NCBI GenBank assembly: GCA_021151695.1 | Contig: JAGKWU010000008.1 | Coordinates: forward strand, 215,548 to 279,547 | DNA: 64,000 nt | Direction of reading: 5' to 3' | Origin: Cellvibrionaceae bacterium | GTDB taxonomy: Bacteria; Pseudomonadota; Gammaproteobacteria; Pseudomonadales; Cellvibrionaceae | Position numbers and translations under genes: made by a program | Shown here: positions 9,828 through 19,911 of the stretch, piece by piece | Numbering within the stretch: the first letter of the stretch is position 1 | Layout of the letters: the number at the start of each line of letters is the position of its first letter | Notes under the pieces: generated by a model | Seen by the model: only the letters and a program-made list of their open reading frames with translations | What the model was told of the DNA's origin: nothing | The model's database searches: none

Positions 9828-12008
9828 ATGTCAGATCAACCTAATCACTTGCCAGGCGCTCAATCGTCAAAATACCGCGCTGGTTTTACGCTTGCACTCC
9901 TGCCTTTGGTTGTGGCTCTTGCCAGCTGCAATGGTGTGCAGTCGCAACAGCAGCCGGTTAAAAAAGTGAAAGTTGATTCCGGGTTTACGCCTTTACGTGA
10001 ACCCAAGCCCGCGCAGCCAATCGAGCAGGCAACGCGCGATACATCTGCTAAGGCGCAAATCAAAGCCGGCCCAGGTGTGACTATTGGCAATCAGATCGCT
10101 AATGCCAAAGAAAAAGAGCTTTCCGTCAAGGTCAGCGGCGAACCTATTAGTGTGAACTATCACGATGTGCCGCTGCCGGCCTTTATTAATGAAGTCTTTG
10201 GCGAGCAACTCGGCCTCTCGTTTAATCTTGATCCGCAAATTGAAAAGCAAGAGGACCTGGTAACTCTGCGTATAGCTGAGCCAATTCCGCCCTCGGAGCT
10301 TTTCCATGTTGCCGTACGTACCCTGGCTTCTTACGGTGTCACGGTTGCGCAAGAGGGTAATATCCTCAGTTTCCTGATCGATGCCTCTGCCAGTGGTGGC
10401 GAAACTCCGTTGTTGATTAGCGGTAGGGCTTTGCCTGACGTGCCTACATCACATCGCCCTGTCTTTATGTTTGTGCCGCTCAAAGTTGTTACTGGTGGCA
10501 AAGTGGCCGGCTGGTTGCGCGATGCTATGACTGGTAAAGATATAAAAGTTGAGGAAGACTCCCTGCGCAACGCGGTGTTGCTGAAAGGTAATCAAGAGCT
10601 GGTAACCCAGGCGCTGGGTATTATTGATGTATTGGACCAGCCATTAATGCGCGGCAAGTTTTCGGCGAGTATTGAGCCAGCTTTTGTAAAGGTGGGTGAC
10701 TTGAGTAAAAACCTGCAATCAGTGCTCAATGCTGAAGGCTATGACGCCACCATAAAATCCACCACTGGTTCGATTATTCTGATTCCGTTGGATGGCGCTA
10801 ACCAGATGGTTGTATTTGCTTCATCTCAGGCAATTCTCGATCATGTACGCGAATGGATCAACACGCTGGATCGCCGTCAGCAAATGAGTATTGATCAAGG
10901 TATCTTCACTTACGAAGTGCGTAATGCCGATGCAAGCTACATAGTAAATATCCTGAGCGGTGTTGAAAACGGCGAAGCCTCTGGTAAATCTACGCGCGCT
11001 GAATCTGAAGGAAACTCAGGTTCTGCGATTTCTGATGCCACAACGACTACCGGTAGTAATCGCTCATCGAATAGGCAGGGCAATAACAACCAGACCACCG
11101 CCGTTGCTAAAATTGCCGGTGGCAACTTTGTGGTTGATAGCAACCGCAACACCATCATCTATAAAGGTAGCGGCCAAGCATGGGCCGATCTACTGCCAGT
11201 TATTCAGTCACTAGACAAGGCGGCTCCTTCAGTTTTAATTGAGGTTTTAATTGCTGAAGTTACATTGAGCGATAACGAAAATACCGGTTTTGAGTTTGTT
11301 GCCAACACAAATAGCAGTATTGACGGTATTAAATACCCCACAACAATATCGACCTTAGCGGGGTTGGGCGTGGGTAAACTCACTGGTGGATCTGCCACCG
11401 GGACAGGATTAACAGCAGAAGCTCTTAATAGCGCAGGCAAGACTCGCGCAATCCTTAATCTATTTCAGCAAAACAAGCGCGCGGAAATCCGCTCTCGCCC
11501 TCGCCTAATGGTGAAAAGCGGTCAGCAAGCAACAATAGATGTAGGTAAAGAGGTGGCAACGCGAGGGTCTGTTGTAGCAACGGGTAACTCGGCGATTCAA
11601 AGCTTCAATTCAGCAAAAACGGGCGTGCGCTTGACCGTGAAACCTGTGGTGCATGCGTCGGGTCATGTAGACATAGATATTGATCAGTCTCTGAGCGAGG
11701 CATCCAAAAACGAGTTCAGTGCTATAGATTCGCCAGATATCTACAATCGCCAGATCAAGACTATGGTAACGCTGCAAGACGGCGGTTCTATCTTGCTTGG
11801 GGGGTTAATATCCAATAAGTCAGATCGTACGGATTCAGGGGTTCCCTGGGCGTCAAAAATTCCAATTCTGGGGAATCTCTTTAAGGCTAAGGCGAAAGGC
11901 GCAGAGCGCACTGAGCTTATGGTGATGATTATTCCTTATGTAGTGGATAACCCGGCCGAAGGGCAAGCAATTACCAAGACAATCCAGGATGCATTTCAGC
12001 AGCAATAG
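9828..12008 (+). CDS. gspD: T2SS secretin GspD, probable lipoprotein
   Basis: N domains plus secretin core (VLIEVLIAEV, TGVRLTVKPVV, LLGGLI, GVPWASKIPILGNLF, RTELMVMIIPYVV); lipobox LASC. Confidence 0.95.
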   Translation: MSDQPNHLPGAQSSKYRAGFTLALLPLVVALASCNGVQSQQQPVKKVKVDSGFTPLREPKPAQPIEQATRDTSAKAQIKAGPGVTIGNQIANAKEKELSVKVSGEPISVNYHDVPLPAFINEVFGEQLGLSFNLDPQIEKQEDLVTLRIAEPIPPSELFHVAVRTLASYGVTVAQEGNILSFLIDASASGGETPLLISGRALPDVPTSHRPVFMFVPLKVVTGGKVAGWLRDAMTGKDIKVEEDSLRNAVLLKGNQELVTQALGIIDVLDQPLMRGKFSASIEPAFVKVGDLSKNLQSVLNAEGYDATIKSTTGSIILIPLDGANQMVVFASSQAILDHVREWINTLDRRQQMSIDQGIFTYEVRNADASYIVNILSGVENGEASGKSTRAESEGNSGSAISDATTTTGSNRSSNRQGNNNQTTAVAKIAGGNFVVDSNRNTIIYKGSGQAWADLLPVIQSLDKAAPSVLIEVLIAEVTLSDNENTGFEFVANTNSSIDGIKYPTTISTLAGLGVGKLTGGSATGTGLTAEALNSAGKTRAILNLFQQNKRAEIRSRPRLMVKSGQQATIDVGKEVATRGSVVATGNSAIQSFNSAKTGVRLTVKPVVHASGHVDIDIDQSLSEASKNEFSAIDSPDIYNRQIKTMVTLQDGGSILLGGLISNKSDRTDSGVPWASKIPILGNLFKAKAKGAERTELMVMIIPYVVDNPAEGQAITKTIQDAFQQQ

Positions 12009-12243
12009 TGACGCCAAAAACGTTACCATCTGAAGCATTTGCTGCTTTAATTTGGGTTTCAGGTGCGAAACTGAAGGGATTCATAAGTTTGTAAATGAGA
12101 AAAGAGTCATAAAAAAGGCCATAAAATCGTCCCCTGAGATGGTTTTCTGGTCTTTGTGCTTGCTTTGTGATCATATTTGCTAGGCTTTATAGGATAATAC
12201 TTTCAGTAACTGCGGTAAGTCTCTGCTTTTAATAACTTAAGGC

Positions 12244-12271
12244 TTGATCTCTGGAATTGATAGGGTATATT
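12244..12271 (+). promoter_or_regulatory. Candidate sigma70 promoter for the S-layer gene
   Basis: TTGATC-N16-TATATT in the 368-bp AT-rich gap after gspD. Confidence 0.4.
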
Positions 12272-12376
12272 CTTGGTCGGTCTTTAAATCGTGGGATTGC
12301 TCTTGCAGACCCAGGGACCCCAAGACCAATCAAAATCAACGTTGATTATAAGTTTACTAATTAGGAGTTAAACCAT

Positions 12377-13741
12377 ATGGTTTCTAAGAAAATTCTGGGC
12401 GTGGCTATTGCCGCTGCCTTGGCATCGCAAGGTGCTTTCGCTGTTGTTGATATCACCGGTCAAACTGGTGCTGTAAACTACGCTAAAGAAGCAATCACTA
12501 CTGTTACATCTGGCTTCGTAGATGTTTCTTCAACAACTAATCAGTTGGATATCAATGTTGAAGCTGGCTTTGGTGTTGTTGCTACTAACCACGTTTACGT
12601 GCGTTTCAACTTGATTGGCGCTAAATTTAAAGATCAAGTTGTTGCTGGCGATTTGACTGGCGTGACTGCAAACACTGTTGACACTGTATCTGTTTCTCAA
12701 GGTGGTACTGCTGGTTCTAACTATGTGATTTTTGACATCACTGCAGGTTCTGCTGGTTTGGATCAAGCTAACGTATTGCAATTGGCGTTGGATACTCTGA
12801 AGTTGGATGTAGCTGCTTCTGGTGCAAGCGTGTATTACACTCTGTTCAACCTGGCTGACGCTAGCTTGGCTGTTGCTGCTACCGGTACTACTACTACTGG
12901 TTCATTGGCTAGCGGTCACTACACTTTTGCTACTATTTCAAATGCGTTGTCTACTGAATTCGGTAAAACTAACAATGTTGCTGACGTAGCTTCTGACTTC
13001 ACCACATTCTTGGGTAACTCCACTAGTGAAGTGGTTGGTTCAGTTAAGTTCAACTTGGATACCACGTCATTATTGGTTGATGGTACTGCTGTAAGTGCCC
13101 TGAGTGAAGTGGCGACTGACGATTCAGATGTAGTAATCGGCGGTAACCTGGGCTTTGGTGATTTGGATTTGGACGGCTGTGCAATCGATGCTGACTCAGG
13201 CTCTTTGCTTGATGGTGGTGATTGCGTATTGTCTGATTTCAGTGAAAACGTAGCTTACGATGTGAGCATATCTGTTGACGGTGAAACCACTATCAATCCA
13301 GGTACTTACACTGCGGCGGTAGATTACGTTAAAGTGGGCCAGTATGAGCCAACTGATGCTAACGGTGACTTGGGTACCATTACCCGTAACGGTACTTCTA
13401 TCCAAGTTCCTTACCTGACTACTTTCACTGACTACAATCAGCGCGTAGTTCTGGTTAACCGCAGTGCTAAAGCAGCTCCATACAAATTCGCATTCACTAC
13501 CGAAGCTGGTGTAACTGCTGCTAATGGCACTAAATATTCTGGTTCTATCCCAGCTAACTCTACTCTGGTATTGAAAGCTGCTGATGTTGTAACCCTGACC
13601 GGTGGTTCACGTACTGCTGCTACCATCACTGTAACTGCTCAAGAAGCTAACATTGATGCTGCTACCACTACTGTTAACCTGTCAGACAAGTCTACTGACA
13701 CTGTTAACCTGATCGACCACAGCCAAGGTTCTGCAATGTAA
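12377..13741 (+). CDS. Probable S-layer (surface array) protein
   Basis: Sec signal (..ASQGAFA); Thr/Ala/Val/Gly/Asp-rich, no Trp; strong high-expression codon bias (GCT, ACT, GGT, GTT); AGGAG RBS; own terminator; immediately downstream of the T2SS, as for Aeromonas VapA/AhsA and Pseudoalteromonas Slr4. Confidence 0.75.
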   Translation: MVSKKILGVAIAAALASQGAFAVVDITGQTGAVNYAKEAITTVTSGFVDVSSTTNQLDINVEAGFGVVATNHVYVRFNLIGAKFKDQVVAGDLTGVTANTVDTVSVSQGGTAGSNYVIFDITAGSAGLDQANVLQLALDTLKLDVAASGASVYYTLFNLADASLAVAATGTTTTGSLASGHYTFATISNALSTEFGKTNNVADVASDFTTFLGNSTSEVVGSVKFNLDTTSLLVDGTAVSALSEVATDDSDVVIGGNLGFGDLDLDGCAIDADSGSLLDGGDCVLSDFSENVAYDVSISVDGETTINPGTYTAAVDYVKVGQYEPTDANGDLGTITRNGTSIQVPYLTTFTDYNQRVVLVNRSAKAAPYKFAFTTEAGVTAANGTKYSGSIPANSTLVLKAADVVTLTGGSRTAATITVTAQEANIDAATTTVNLSDKSTDTVNLIDHSQGSAM

Positions 13742-13767
13742 TTATCGTTTGATAATTTCATTGTTGG

Positions 13768-13794
13768 AAAAAGGGCGCTTCGGCGCCCTTTTTT
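13768..13794 (+). terminator. Intrinsic terminator
   Basis: AAAAAGGGCGC-TTCG-GCGCCCTTTTTT. Confidence 0.9.
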
Positions 13795-13876
13795 ATTGGG
13801 CGATTTAATCTAAAAAATGCTTGAATTTGTGTAATGTTTAGAGCGTTTTGCTTTGGGTTTGTGTGAGAAAAAGTTG

Positions 13877-14659
13877 ATGGATAAATATAAATTATTTGTT
13901 GCCAGTGTCTACGCCCCGTCTCCATGGAATCGTGAATGGTACAGATTACAAACCCGTTATCTGGCTCAAAACGCAGGCGGTGTGGATTACAGGTTTGGTG
14001 TCATACTCAATGGTATTGATCGAGCAGAGTTGGATGCAGAGATCGATCTGATTGCTGAAAATCCCGGTAATACAGGTCATTCTGCGGCCATGCGTCAAAT
14101 GCTTGAAGCTTTTCGCCAATCGGATTGCACGCACTTTTTATTTTTAGATAGCGATTGCTTTCCTGTGCATGGCGATTGGTTTGCTGTGTTGGTTGCCCAG
14201 ATGCAGAAGTTTGGTAAACATTTCGCTGCTCCGATCCGCTATGAAAATCTCGATATCTTTCCTCATCCATGTGCTTTTTTTTGTGATCGGGAAGGCTTGA
14301 ATGATGCCCGAATTAATTTTGATATAGGCCATCCCGGCGCAAATCTTTTGGGTGAAACAGTGCGAGATGTGGGAAATGCCATGTTTCCAATGTTGCAGGA
14401 AATTCTCCCTTTGCTGCGTACGAACATCGAAAACCGGCATCCGGTAGCGGCGGCGGTCTATCACCATATGTTTTACCATCATGGTGCGGGTAGTCGAAAT
14501 TTCGAGTTCCGACTTTTAAACAAATATGACTACTGTAGTCACTGGTGGGATAAGTCGGGTGATGAAGCGCTAGCGGCTCAGTTGAGAGACGAATTATTTG
14601 CAGATTCAGAAGTTTTTCTTGCTCGTTTGATGGGCGCTAATTTCAATGGTGAGTGGTAG
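13877..14659 (+). CDS. Putative GT-A fold glycosyltransferase-like protein
   Basis: FLFLDSDCFPV DxD motif; first gene of the glycan locus. Confidence 0.55.
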   Translation: MDKYKLFVASVYAPSPWNREWYRLQTRYLAQNAGGVDYRFGVILNGIDRAELDAEIDLIAENPGNTGHSAAMRQMLEAFRQSDCTHFLFLDSDCFPVHGDWFAVLVAQMQKFGKHFAAPIRYENLDIFPHPCAFFCDREGLNDARINFDIGHPGANLLGETVRDVGNAMFPMLQEILPLLRTNIENRHPVAAAVYHHMFYHHGAGSRNFEFRLLNKYDYCSHWWDKSGDEALAAQLRDELFADSEVFLARLMGANFNGEW

Positions 14660-14786
14660 GAAATGGCAAGAAACCTGAATGCCCGTATTTTGTTTTCTGG
14701 TATGGGTTTTAAAACTTATTAAACAGAGTTGTTGCACCATTGTAGGGTAAAATGGCAAAAATTCCGTTTTTGAAAAGTTAGCCTGC

Positions 14787-15668
14787 ATGAAAAATAAACA
14801 GGATGATTCCTGCTCACCTACCTTGTTGCTTACAGGATTACCCAGAGCTGGAACTACGCTCTCATGCCATATCCTCAATCAGCATCATAATGTACTCGCA
14901 TTGCATGAGCCTTTAACGCCTACCGATTTTAAACCGGAACTGGGAAGGCACGCCGCCATAGATCATATTGATAGCTTCGCGCAACTTAGTCGACAGCGTG
15001 TGTTGTCTGAGGGTAAGGCTCTGAGTCGTCAGAAAGGTGGTGCGGTTCCCGAGAATCCAGTGGAGGTCCAGTCTGATAAGGGCTTGCGTGCGCTGGATGT
15101 AAGTCTGGCTGATATCCATGTAGGCGAGCGTATAAAAAGCCCTGATTTTACCTTGGTGATCAAACACAATGCGCTTTTTACTGGTTTGTTGCCAGAATTG
15201 GGAGCGCGCTTCCCGGTTTTTGCCATAGTGCGCAATCCGCTAGCGGTATTGGCCAGTTGGAATTCAGTAGATTTACCCGTTAATCAGGGGCGAATTCCCG
15301 CCGGTGAACTCTACTGTCCTGAGCTTAGGTTGCTATTGGATAGTACATCTGATCGCATCTTGCGGCAGCTTCATGTATTGGAATGGTTTTGTGGAAGATT
15401 TGTCGCTCATATAAATACATCAATACTTCGATATGAGGAGTTCGTTGGCGATCCGGCGATAATAGGTCGAACGTTGGAGTTACCTGGTTCCTACCATGGT
15501 AAAGTTCAAAAGCGGGATAGTCGTAACCAAAGCTATGATTTGAAATTGATGGAAGATCTCTACGGGAAATTGCAGGGCTTTGGTGATGCAATCTGGAAGC
15601 TCTACAGTCGGGCCGACGTAGATAATTTAATGAATAGTCTGACGGATGGTAAAAGAGCATCCGAATGA
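14787..15668 (+). CDS. PAPS-dependent sulfotransferase family protein
   Basis: 5'-PSB loop LTGLPRAGTTL, 3'-PB motif IVRNPLAVLASW, and LRYEEFVGDP. Confidence 0.8.
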   Translation: MKNKQDDSCSPTLLLTGLPRAGTTLSCHILNQHHNVLALHEPLTPTDFKPELGRHAAIDHIDSFAQLSRQRVLSEGKALSRQKGGAVPENPVEVQSDKGLRALDVSLADIHVGERIKSPDFTLVIKHNALFTGLLPELGARFPVFAIVRNPLAVLASWNSVDLPVNQGRIPAGELYCPELRLLLDSTSDRILRQLHVLEWFCGRFVAHINTSILRYEEFVGDPAIIGRTLELPGSYHGKVQKRDSRNQSYDLKLMEDLYGKLQGFGDAIWKLYSRADVDNLMNSLTDGKRASE

Positions 15669-16447
15669 AATCTCTCGATTTTATGATCATAGGTGCCCAA
15701 AAGGCCGGCACTACTGCACTCAGTCATTTTTTGGCTCAACACCCTGCTATTTGCATGGCGGCAGGCAAAGAGGTGCATTTATTTGACGCATTTGATTACT
15801 CCCCTAATTGGTCTGTAGCTCAAATCAATGCCCGCTATGCGCCAAGCTTCACTCAGGCGAACGAGCACTGCCTGTGGGGTGAGGCTACGCCCATTTACCT
15901 GTACAGGCCCGATATAATTCCCGAACTGAAACGTTATAATCCACAGCTGAAATTGATTGTCATGCTGCGTGACCCTATCGAGCGGGCGCTATCACAACAC
16001 GCCATGGAATATGGGCGGGGCAACGATTCGCTGCCGTTGTGGCTGGCCTTATTGCTTGAGCCTGTGCGTCTGTTGTGTGCCCATGGTCGCCAGAAAGATA
16101 TCGCTATTCGTTGTCATTCCTATAGCGATCGCGGCATCTACGATACGCAGCTTCGCCGGCTGAACAAATATTTTAATTCTGATCAATTTTTGATTATCGA
16201 AAACTCAGCGCTGAAATCTGACCACGCCGGGACACTGGCGAAGATTTTTGCGTTTTTAGGTGTGGATGATCAACTATCCATACCGCCAGAGCAGATATTT
16301 CGCGGTGATTACCCGTCTGATGATAAGAGTATTGGGCGTCGACTCCTAAAAAAATGCCTGGCTTTGCGGTTTTATTGGGCGAACCGCCGCTTGAAAAAAA
16401 CATTGTTACAAATGGGCTATAGCCCCGATTGGCCCTGGTTGCGATAA
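15665..16447 (+). CDS. PAPS-dependent sulfotransferase (carbohydrate sulfotransferase-like)
   Basis: IIGAQKAGTTAL, KEVHLFD, GEATPIY, LRDPIERALS. Confidence 0.88.
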   Translation: MKSLDFMIIGAQKAGTTALSHFLAQHPAICMAAGKEVHLFDAFDYSPNWSVAQINARYAPSFTQANEHCLWGEATPIYLYRPDIIPELKRYNPQLKLIVMLRDPIERALSQHAMEYGRGNDSLPLWLALLLEPVRLLCAHGRQKDIAIRCHSYSDRGIYDTQLRRLNKYFNSDQFLIIENSALKSDHAGTLAKIFAFLGVDDQLSIPPEQIFRGDYPSDDKSIGRRLLKKCLALRFYWANRRLKKTLLQMGYSPDWPWLR

Positions 16448-16487
16448 TCCTGCGGGCTCGAATTGAATGCCGAAGTGGAATTCCCAT

Positions 16488-17396
16488 ATGTCAGAAAAAA
16501 CAACTGCAAATAAAGCGCGACGCAAAGGTATAGTCCTGGCCGGTGGCTCAGGTACGCGCCTTTATCCGCTGACCAAGGCGATCAGCAAGCAAATAGTGCC
16601 TATTTACGATAAACCGATGATTTACTATCCACTCACCACGCTTATGTTGGCGGGTATTCGCGATATTTTAATTATCTCGACGCCGCGCGACCTTCCCACC
16701 TACAAAGAATTGTTGGGCGATGGCAGTGATTGGGGAATTAATATCGAATATGCCGAGCAGCCTTCGCCGGATGGTTTGGCCCAGGCATTTATTATCGGCG
16801 AACAATTTATCGGCTCCGACAGCTGCGCGCTGGTGCTAGGTGACAATATTTACTACGCCCATGACTTTTCCCGCTTGCTGCAAAGTGCGGACAAGCGTAC
16901 AGAGGGAGCGACAGTCTTTGGCTACCATGTCGACGATGCGCGCGCCTACGGTGTAGTAGAGTTTGATGATGTGGGTAATGTGCTTTCTATTGAAGAAAAA
17001 CCAGCCCAGCCTAAATCCAAATACGCAGTGACCGGCCTTTATTTTTACGACAACAGCGTGAGTGATATCGCCAAGTCGATCAAGCCATCCGCGCGTGGTG
17101 AGCTGGAAATTACCGATGTTAACAAAACCTATCTGGAGCGCGGTCAGCTGACCGTGGAATTGCTTGGGCGCGGCGCGGCCTGGCTGGATACCGGCACTCA
17201 CGACAATTTGCTGGCGGCGAGCCAATTTATTCAAACCATTGAAAAGCGTCAGGGCCTGAAAGTAGCTTGCCCTGAAGAGATAGCTTATCGCATGGGTTAT
17301 ATCGACAAGGCGCAATTGTTACGCCTTGCGGAGCCTTTATTGAAAAGTGGCTACGGCCAGTATTTGGTTGAAATCAGTAACGACAGAGTTTTTTAA
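16488..17396 (+). CDS. rmlA: Glucose-1-phosphate thymidylyltransferase
   Basis: [31 protein letters not shown]. Confidence 0.96.
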   Translation: MSEKTTANKARRKGIVLAGGSGTRLYPLTKAISKQIVPIYDKPMIYYPLTTLMLAGIRDILIISTPRDLPTYKELLGDGSDWGINIEYAEQPSPDGLAQAFIIGEQFIGSDSCALVLGDNIYYAHDFSRLLQSADKRTEGATVFGYHVDDARAYGVVEFDDVGNVLSIEEKPAQPKSKYAVTGLYFYDNSVSDIAKSIKPSARGELEITDVNKTYLERGQLTVELLGRGAAWLDTGTHDNLLAASQFIQTIEKRQGLKVACPEEIAYRMGYIDKAQLLRLAEPLLKSGYGQYLVEISNDRVF

Positions 17397-17944
17397 TGCA
17401 AGTTATCAAAACCGCAATTCCCGATGTGCTTATCTTCAAGCCAAAAACCTTTGGTGATGAGCGCGGCTATTTTATGGAAACCTTTCGTGAGCAGTGGTTG
17501 CTCGACCAAGGGGTAAATATCAATTTTGTGCAAGATAACCAAAGCAGCTCCGGTAAGCACGTGCTGCGCGGATTGCATTATCAGTTGCATCGGCCCCAAG
17601 GGAAATTGGTGCGTGTAATTAGTGGTGAAGTGTTTGATGTGGCGGTGGATTTGCGTCGCTCCTCGCCAACCTTTGGTAAATCAGTAGCGACAATTTTATC
17701 GGCGGAAAATAAGCACATCTTCTGGATACCGCCAGGTTTTGCCCATGGTTTTCTGGTGTTAAGTGAGAGTGCGGAATTTTGCTACAAGTGCACGGCCTAC
17801 TATGCGCCGGAACATGATCGCAGCCTTTTATGGAGCGATCCCACGCTCGATATTCCCTGGCCACAAGTAGATAAAGATAAATTAATTCTTTCTGCCAAGG
17901 ATCGTGCAGGCCGGCTGTTGAGCGATGCCGAGGTTTACGAGTGA
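17396..17944 (+). CDS. rmlC: dTDP-4-dehydrorhamnose 3,5-epimerase
   Basis: FGDERGYFME, VLRGLHYQ, DVAVDLRRSSPTFG, GFAHGF. Confidence 0.96.
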   Translation: MQVIKTAIPDVLIFKPKTFGDERGYFMETFREQWLLDQGVNINFVQDNQSSSGKHVLRGLHYQLHRPQGKLVRVISGEVFDVAVDLRRSSPTFGKSVATILSAENKHIFWIPPGFAHGFLVLSESAEFCYKCTAYYAPEHDRSLLWSDPTLDIPWPQVDKDKLILSAKDRAGRLLSDAEVYE

Positions 17945-18819
17945 AAGTATTAATCACAGGCGCCAATGGCCAGCTGGGTGATGCGCTACAAAAAACCGGA
18001 GCCAATTTTATTGCGAAACACGGTGCGCAAATTATTGCGTTGACGCGCGCAGACTGTGACTTGACTCAGGCATGGTCCATTGCCTCGGTGTTGGATAAAT
18101 TTGTACCTGATGCAATTATTAACGCCGCTGCCTATACCGCGGTAGACAGAGCGGAAAATGATGCAGACGGTGCTTATCAGGTAAATGCGGCAGCGGTAAA
18201 GCAACTGGCAATCTGGGCGCAGCAGCATCGTGTACCGCTGATTCAGGTCTCTACGGATTTTATTTTTGATGGTCAAAAGGCAAGCCCTTATCAAACAGAC
18301 GATGCTGCAAATCCTTTGGGTGTGTACGGTCAGACCAAATATCAGGGCGAAACCTTTGCGCTGAGTGAGTGTGAAAGTGCCTATGTGGTTCGTACTGGTT
18401 GGGTGTATAGCGAACACGGCAATAATTTTGTCAAAACTATTTTGCGTTTGGCGCATGAGCGCGAGCAGTTGACAATTATTGCTGACCAGGTGGGGACGCC
18501 AACTTATGCCCGCCATCTGGCGCAGATGATTTGGCAATTGCTGGATCAGCGTCCGCAACAAAAGGTATGGCATTTCTCCGATGCAGGTGTAGCCAGTTGG
18601 TACGATTTTGCGGTTGCCATTATTGATGAGGCAGTAACGTTGAATTTGCTGGATCGCACTCCCGCCATCAAGCCTATTACTACCGCTGATTATCCAACAC
18701 CGGCTCGCCGCCCGCCTTACAGTGTGCTTGATAAAACTGCCAGCTGGCAGCAATTGGAAGTAACACCTGTACATTGGCGCAGTGCGCTCATCAACATGCT
18801 GCACGCACTGACTCGTTAG
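17941..18819 (+). CDS. rmlD: dTDP-4-dehydrorhamnose reductase
   Basis: GANGQLG, NAAAYTAVD, STDFIFDG, YGQTK. Confidence 0.95.
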   Translation: MKVLITGANGQLGDALQKTGANFIAKHGAQIIALTRADCDLTQAWSIASVLDKFVPDAIINAAAYTAVDRAENDADGAYQVNAAAVKQLAIWAQQHRVPLIQVSTDFIFDGQKASPYQTDDAANPLGVYGQTKYQGETFALSECESAYVVRTGWVYSEHGNNFVKTILRLAHEREQLTIIADQVGTPTYARHLAQMIWQLLDQRPQQKVWHFSDAGVASWYDFAVAIIDEAVTLNLLDRTPAIKPITTADYPTPARRPPYSVLDKTASWQQLEVTPVHWRSALINMLHALTR

Positions 18820-18868
18820 TGCGCGGCTAAAATTTTTTATTTGATACAACTTTCCAGATACAACAGCC

Positions 18869-19900
18869 ATGAAAAAAATGCTTGTCACCGGCGGTGCCGG
18901 ATTTATTGGTTCGAATTTTTGCCACTATTGGTTGCGGCAACATCCACAGGATCAGCTGATTGTATTGGATGCCCTGACCTATGCCGGCCATCGTGAAAAT
19001 GTTGCGGTGCTTGAATCGCAGGGTTTGGTATTTGTGCAGGGTGATATAGGCGATCAGCAGTTAGTAGATGAGCTTTTTGCGCACTACAGTATAAATACAG
19101 TTGTTCACTTTGCCGCTGAGTCCCATGTGGATCGCTCCATCTCTGGTCCCGATGCTTTTATCCAGACCAATGTGTTGGGTACACACAATCTGTTAAAAGT
19201 TGCCAAAAAATATTGGTTAGATGCCGGGGCTACAGAACATAGATTTCACCACGTCTCTACCGATGAAGTTTATGGTTCGCTCACAGATGATGCTCCAGCA
19301 TTTACCGAGTCCACCGCCTTCGCACCCAACTCGCCTTACTCAGCATCCAAGGCTGCCTCTGATCATCTGGTGCGCGCTTATCATCACACCTATGGCTTGC
19401 AGGTCACGACAAGCAATTGCTCTAACAATTATGGCCCCTATCAGGACAATGAAAAATTAATTCCCCTGATCATTAAAAATATTCTGCACGGAAAATACCT
19501 GCCCATTTATGGCGATGGTAAAAACATTCGCGACTGGCTTTACGTGGAAGACCACTGTCGTGCGATAGATTTGATTTTACAGCGCGGTCGTGTGGGTGAG
19601 GTGTACAACGTCGGTGGCGAAAACGAATGGCGCAATATAGATATAGTTCATCTTATTTGCGATCTGGTTGATCAAGCTTTGTTGGCCGCGCCCGAGCTGT
19701 TGGTTCGCTTTCCTGAGGCGCCTTGTGCGCAGCAAAAATCCGCTCGCTCGCTGATAACGTTTGTAACGGATCGACCAGGCCATGATCGTCGCTACGCCAT
19801 CGATCCGGGTAAGTGTCACGCAGAGCTGGATTATCGTCCGCACGAAAGTTTCGAAACCGGGATTCAAAAAACCATCGACTGGATGCTGGCCAACCAATAA
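18869..19900 (+). CDS. rmlB: dTDP-glucose 4,6-dehydratase
   Basis: TGGAGFIGSN, HFAAESHVDRS, VSTDEVYG, YSASK, DRPGHDRRY. Confidence 0.96.
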   Translation: MKKMLVTGGAGFIGSNFCHYWLRQHPQDQLIVLDALTYAGHRENVAVLESQGLVFVQGDIGDQQLVDELFAHYSINTVVHFAAESHVDRSISGPDAFIQTNVLGTHNLLKVAKKYWLDAGATEHRFHHVSTDEVYGSLTDDAPAFTESTAFAPNSPYSASKAASDHLVRAYHHTYGLQVTTSNCSNNYGPYQDNEKLIPLIIKNILHGKYLPIYGDGKNIRDWLYVEDHCRAIDLILQRGRVGEVYNVGGENEWRNIDIVHLICDLVDQALLAAPELLVRFPEAPCAQQKSARSLITFVTDRPGHDRRYAIDPGKCHAELDYRPHESFETGIQKTIDWMLANQ

Positions 19901-19911
19901 TAAGGGTGATT

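Noticed and set aside
13795..13876. JUMPStart/ops element before the glycan locus
   Set aside because: No GGCGGTAG-type ops sequence found by eye.
17986..18888. 300-aa minus-strand ORF
   Set aside because: Antisense mirror of rmlD with no protein motifs.
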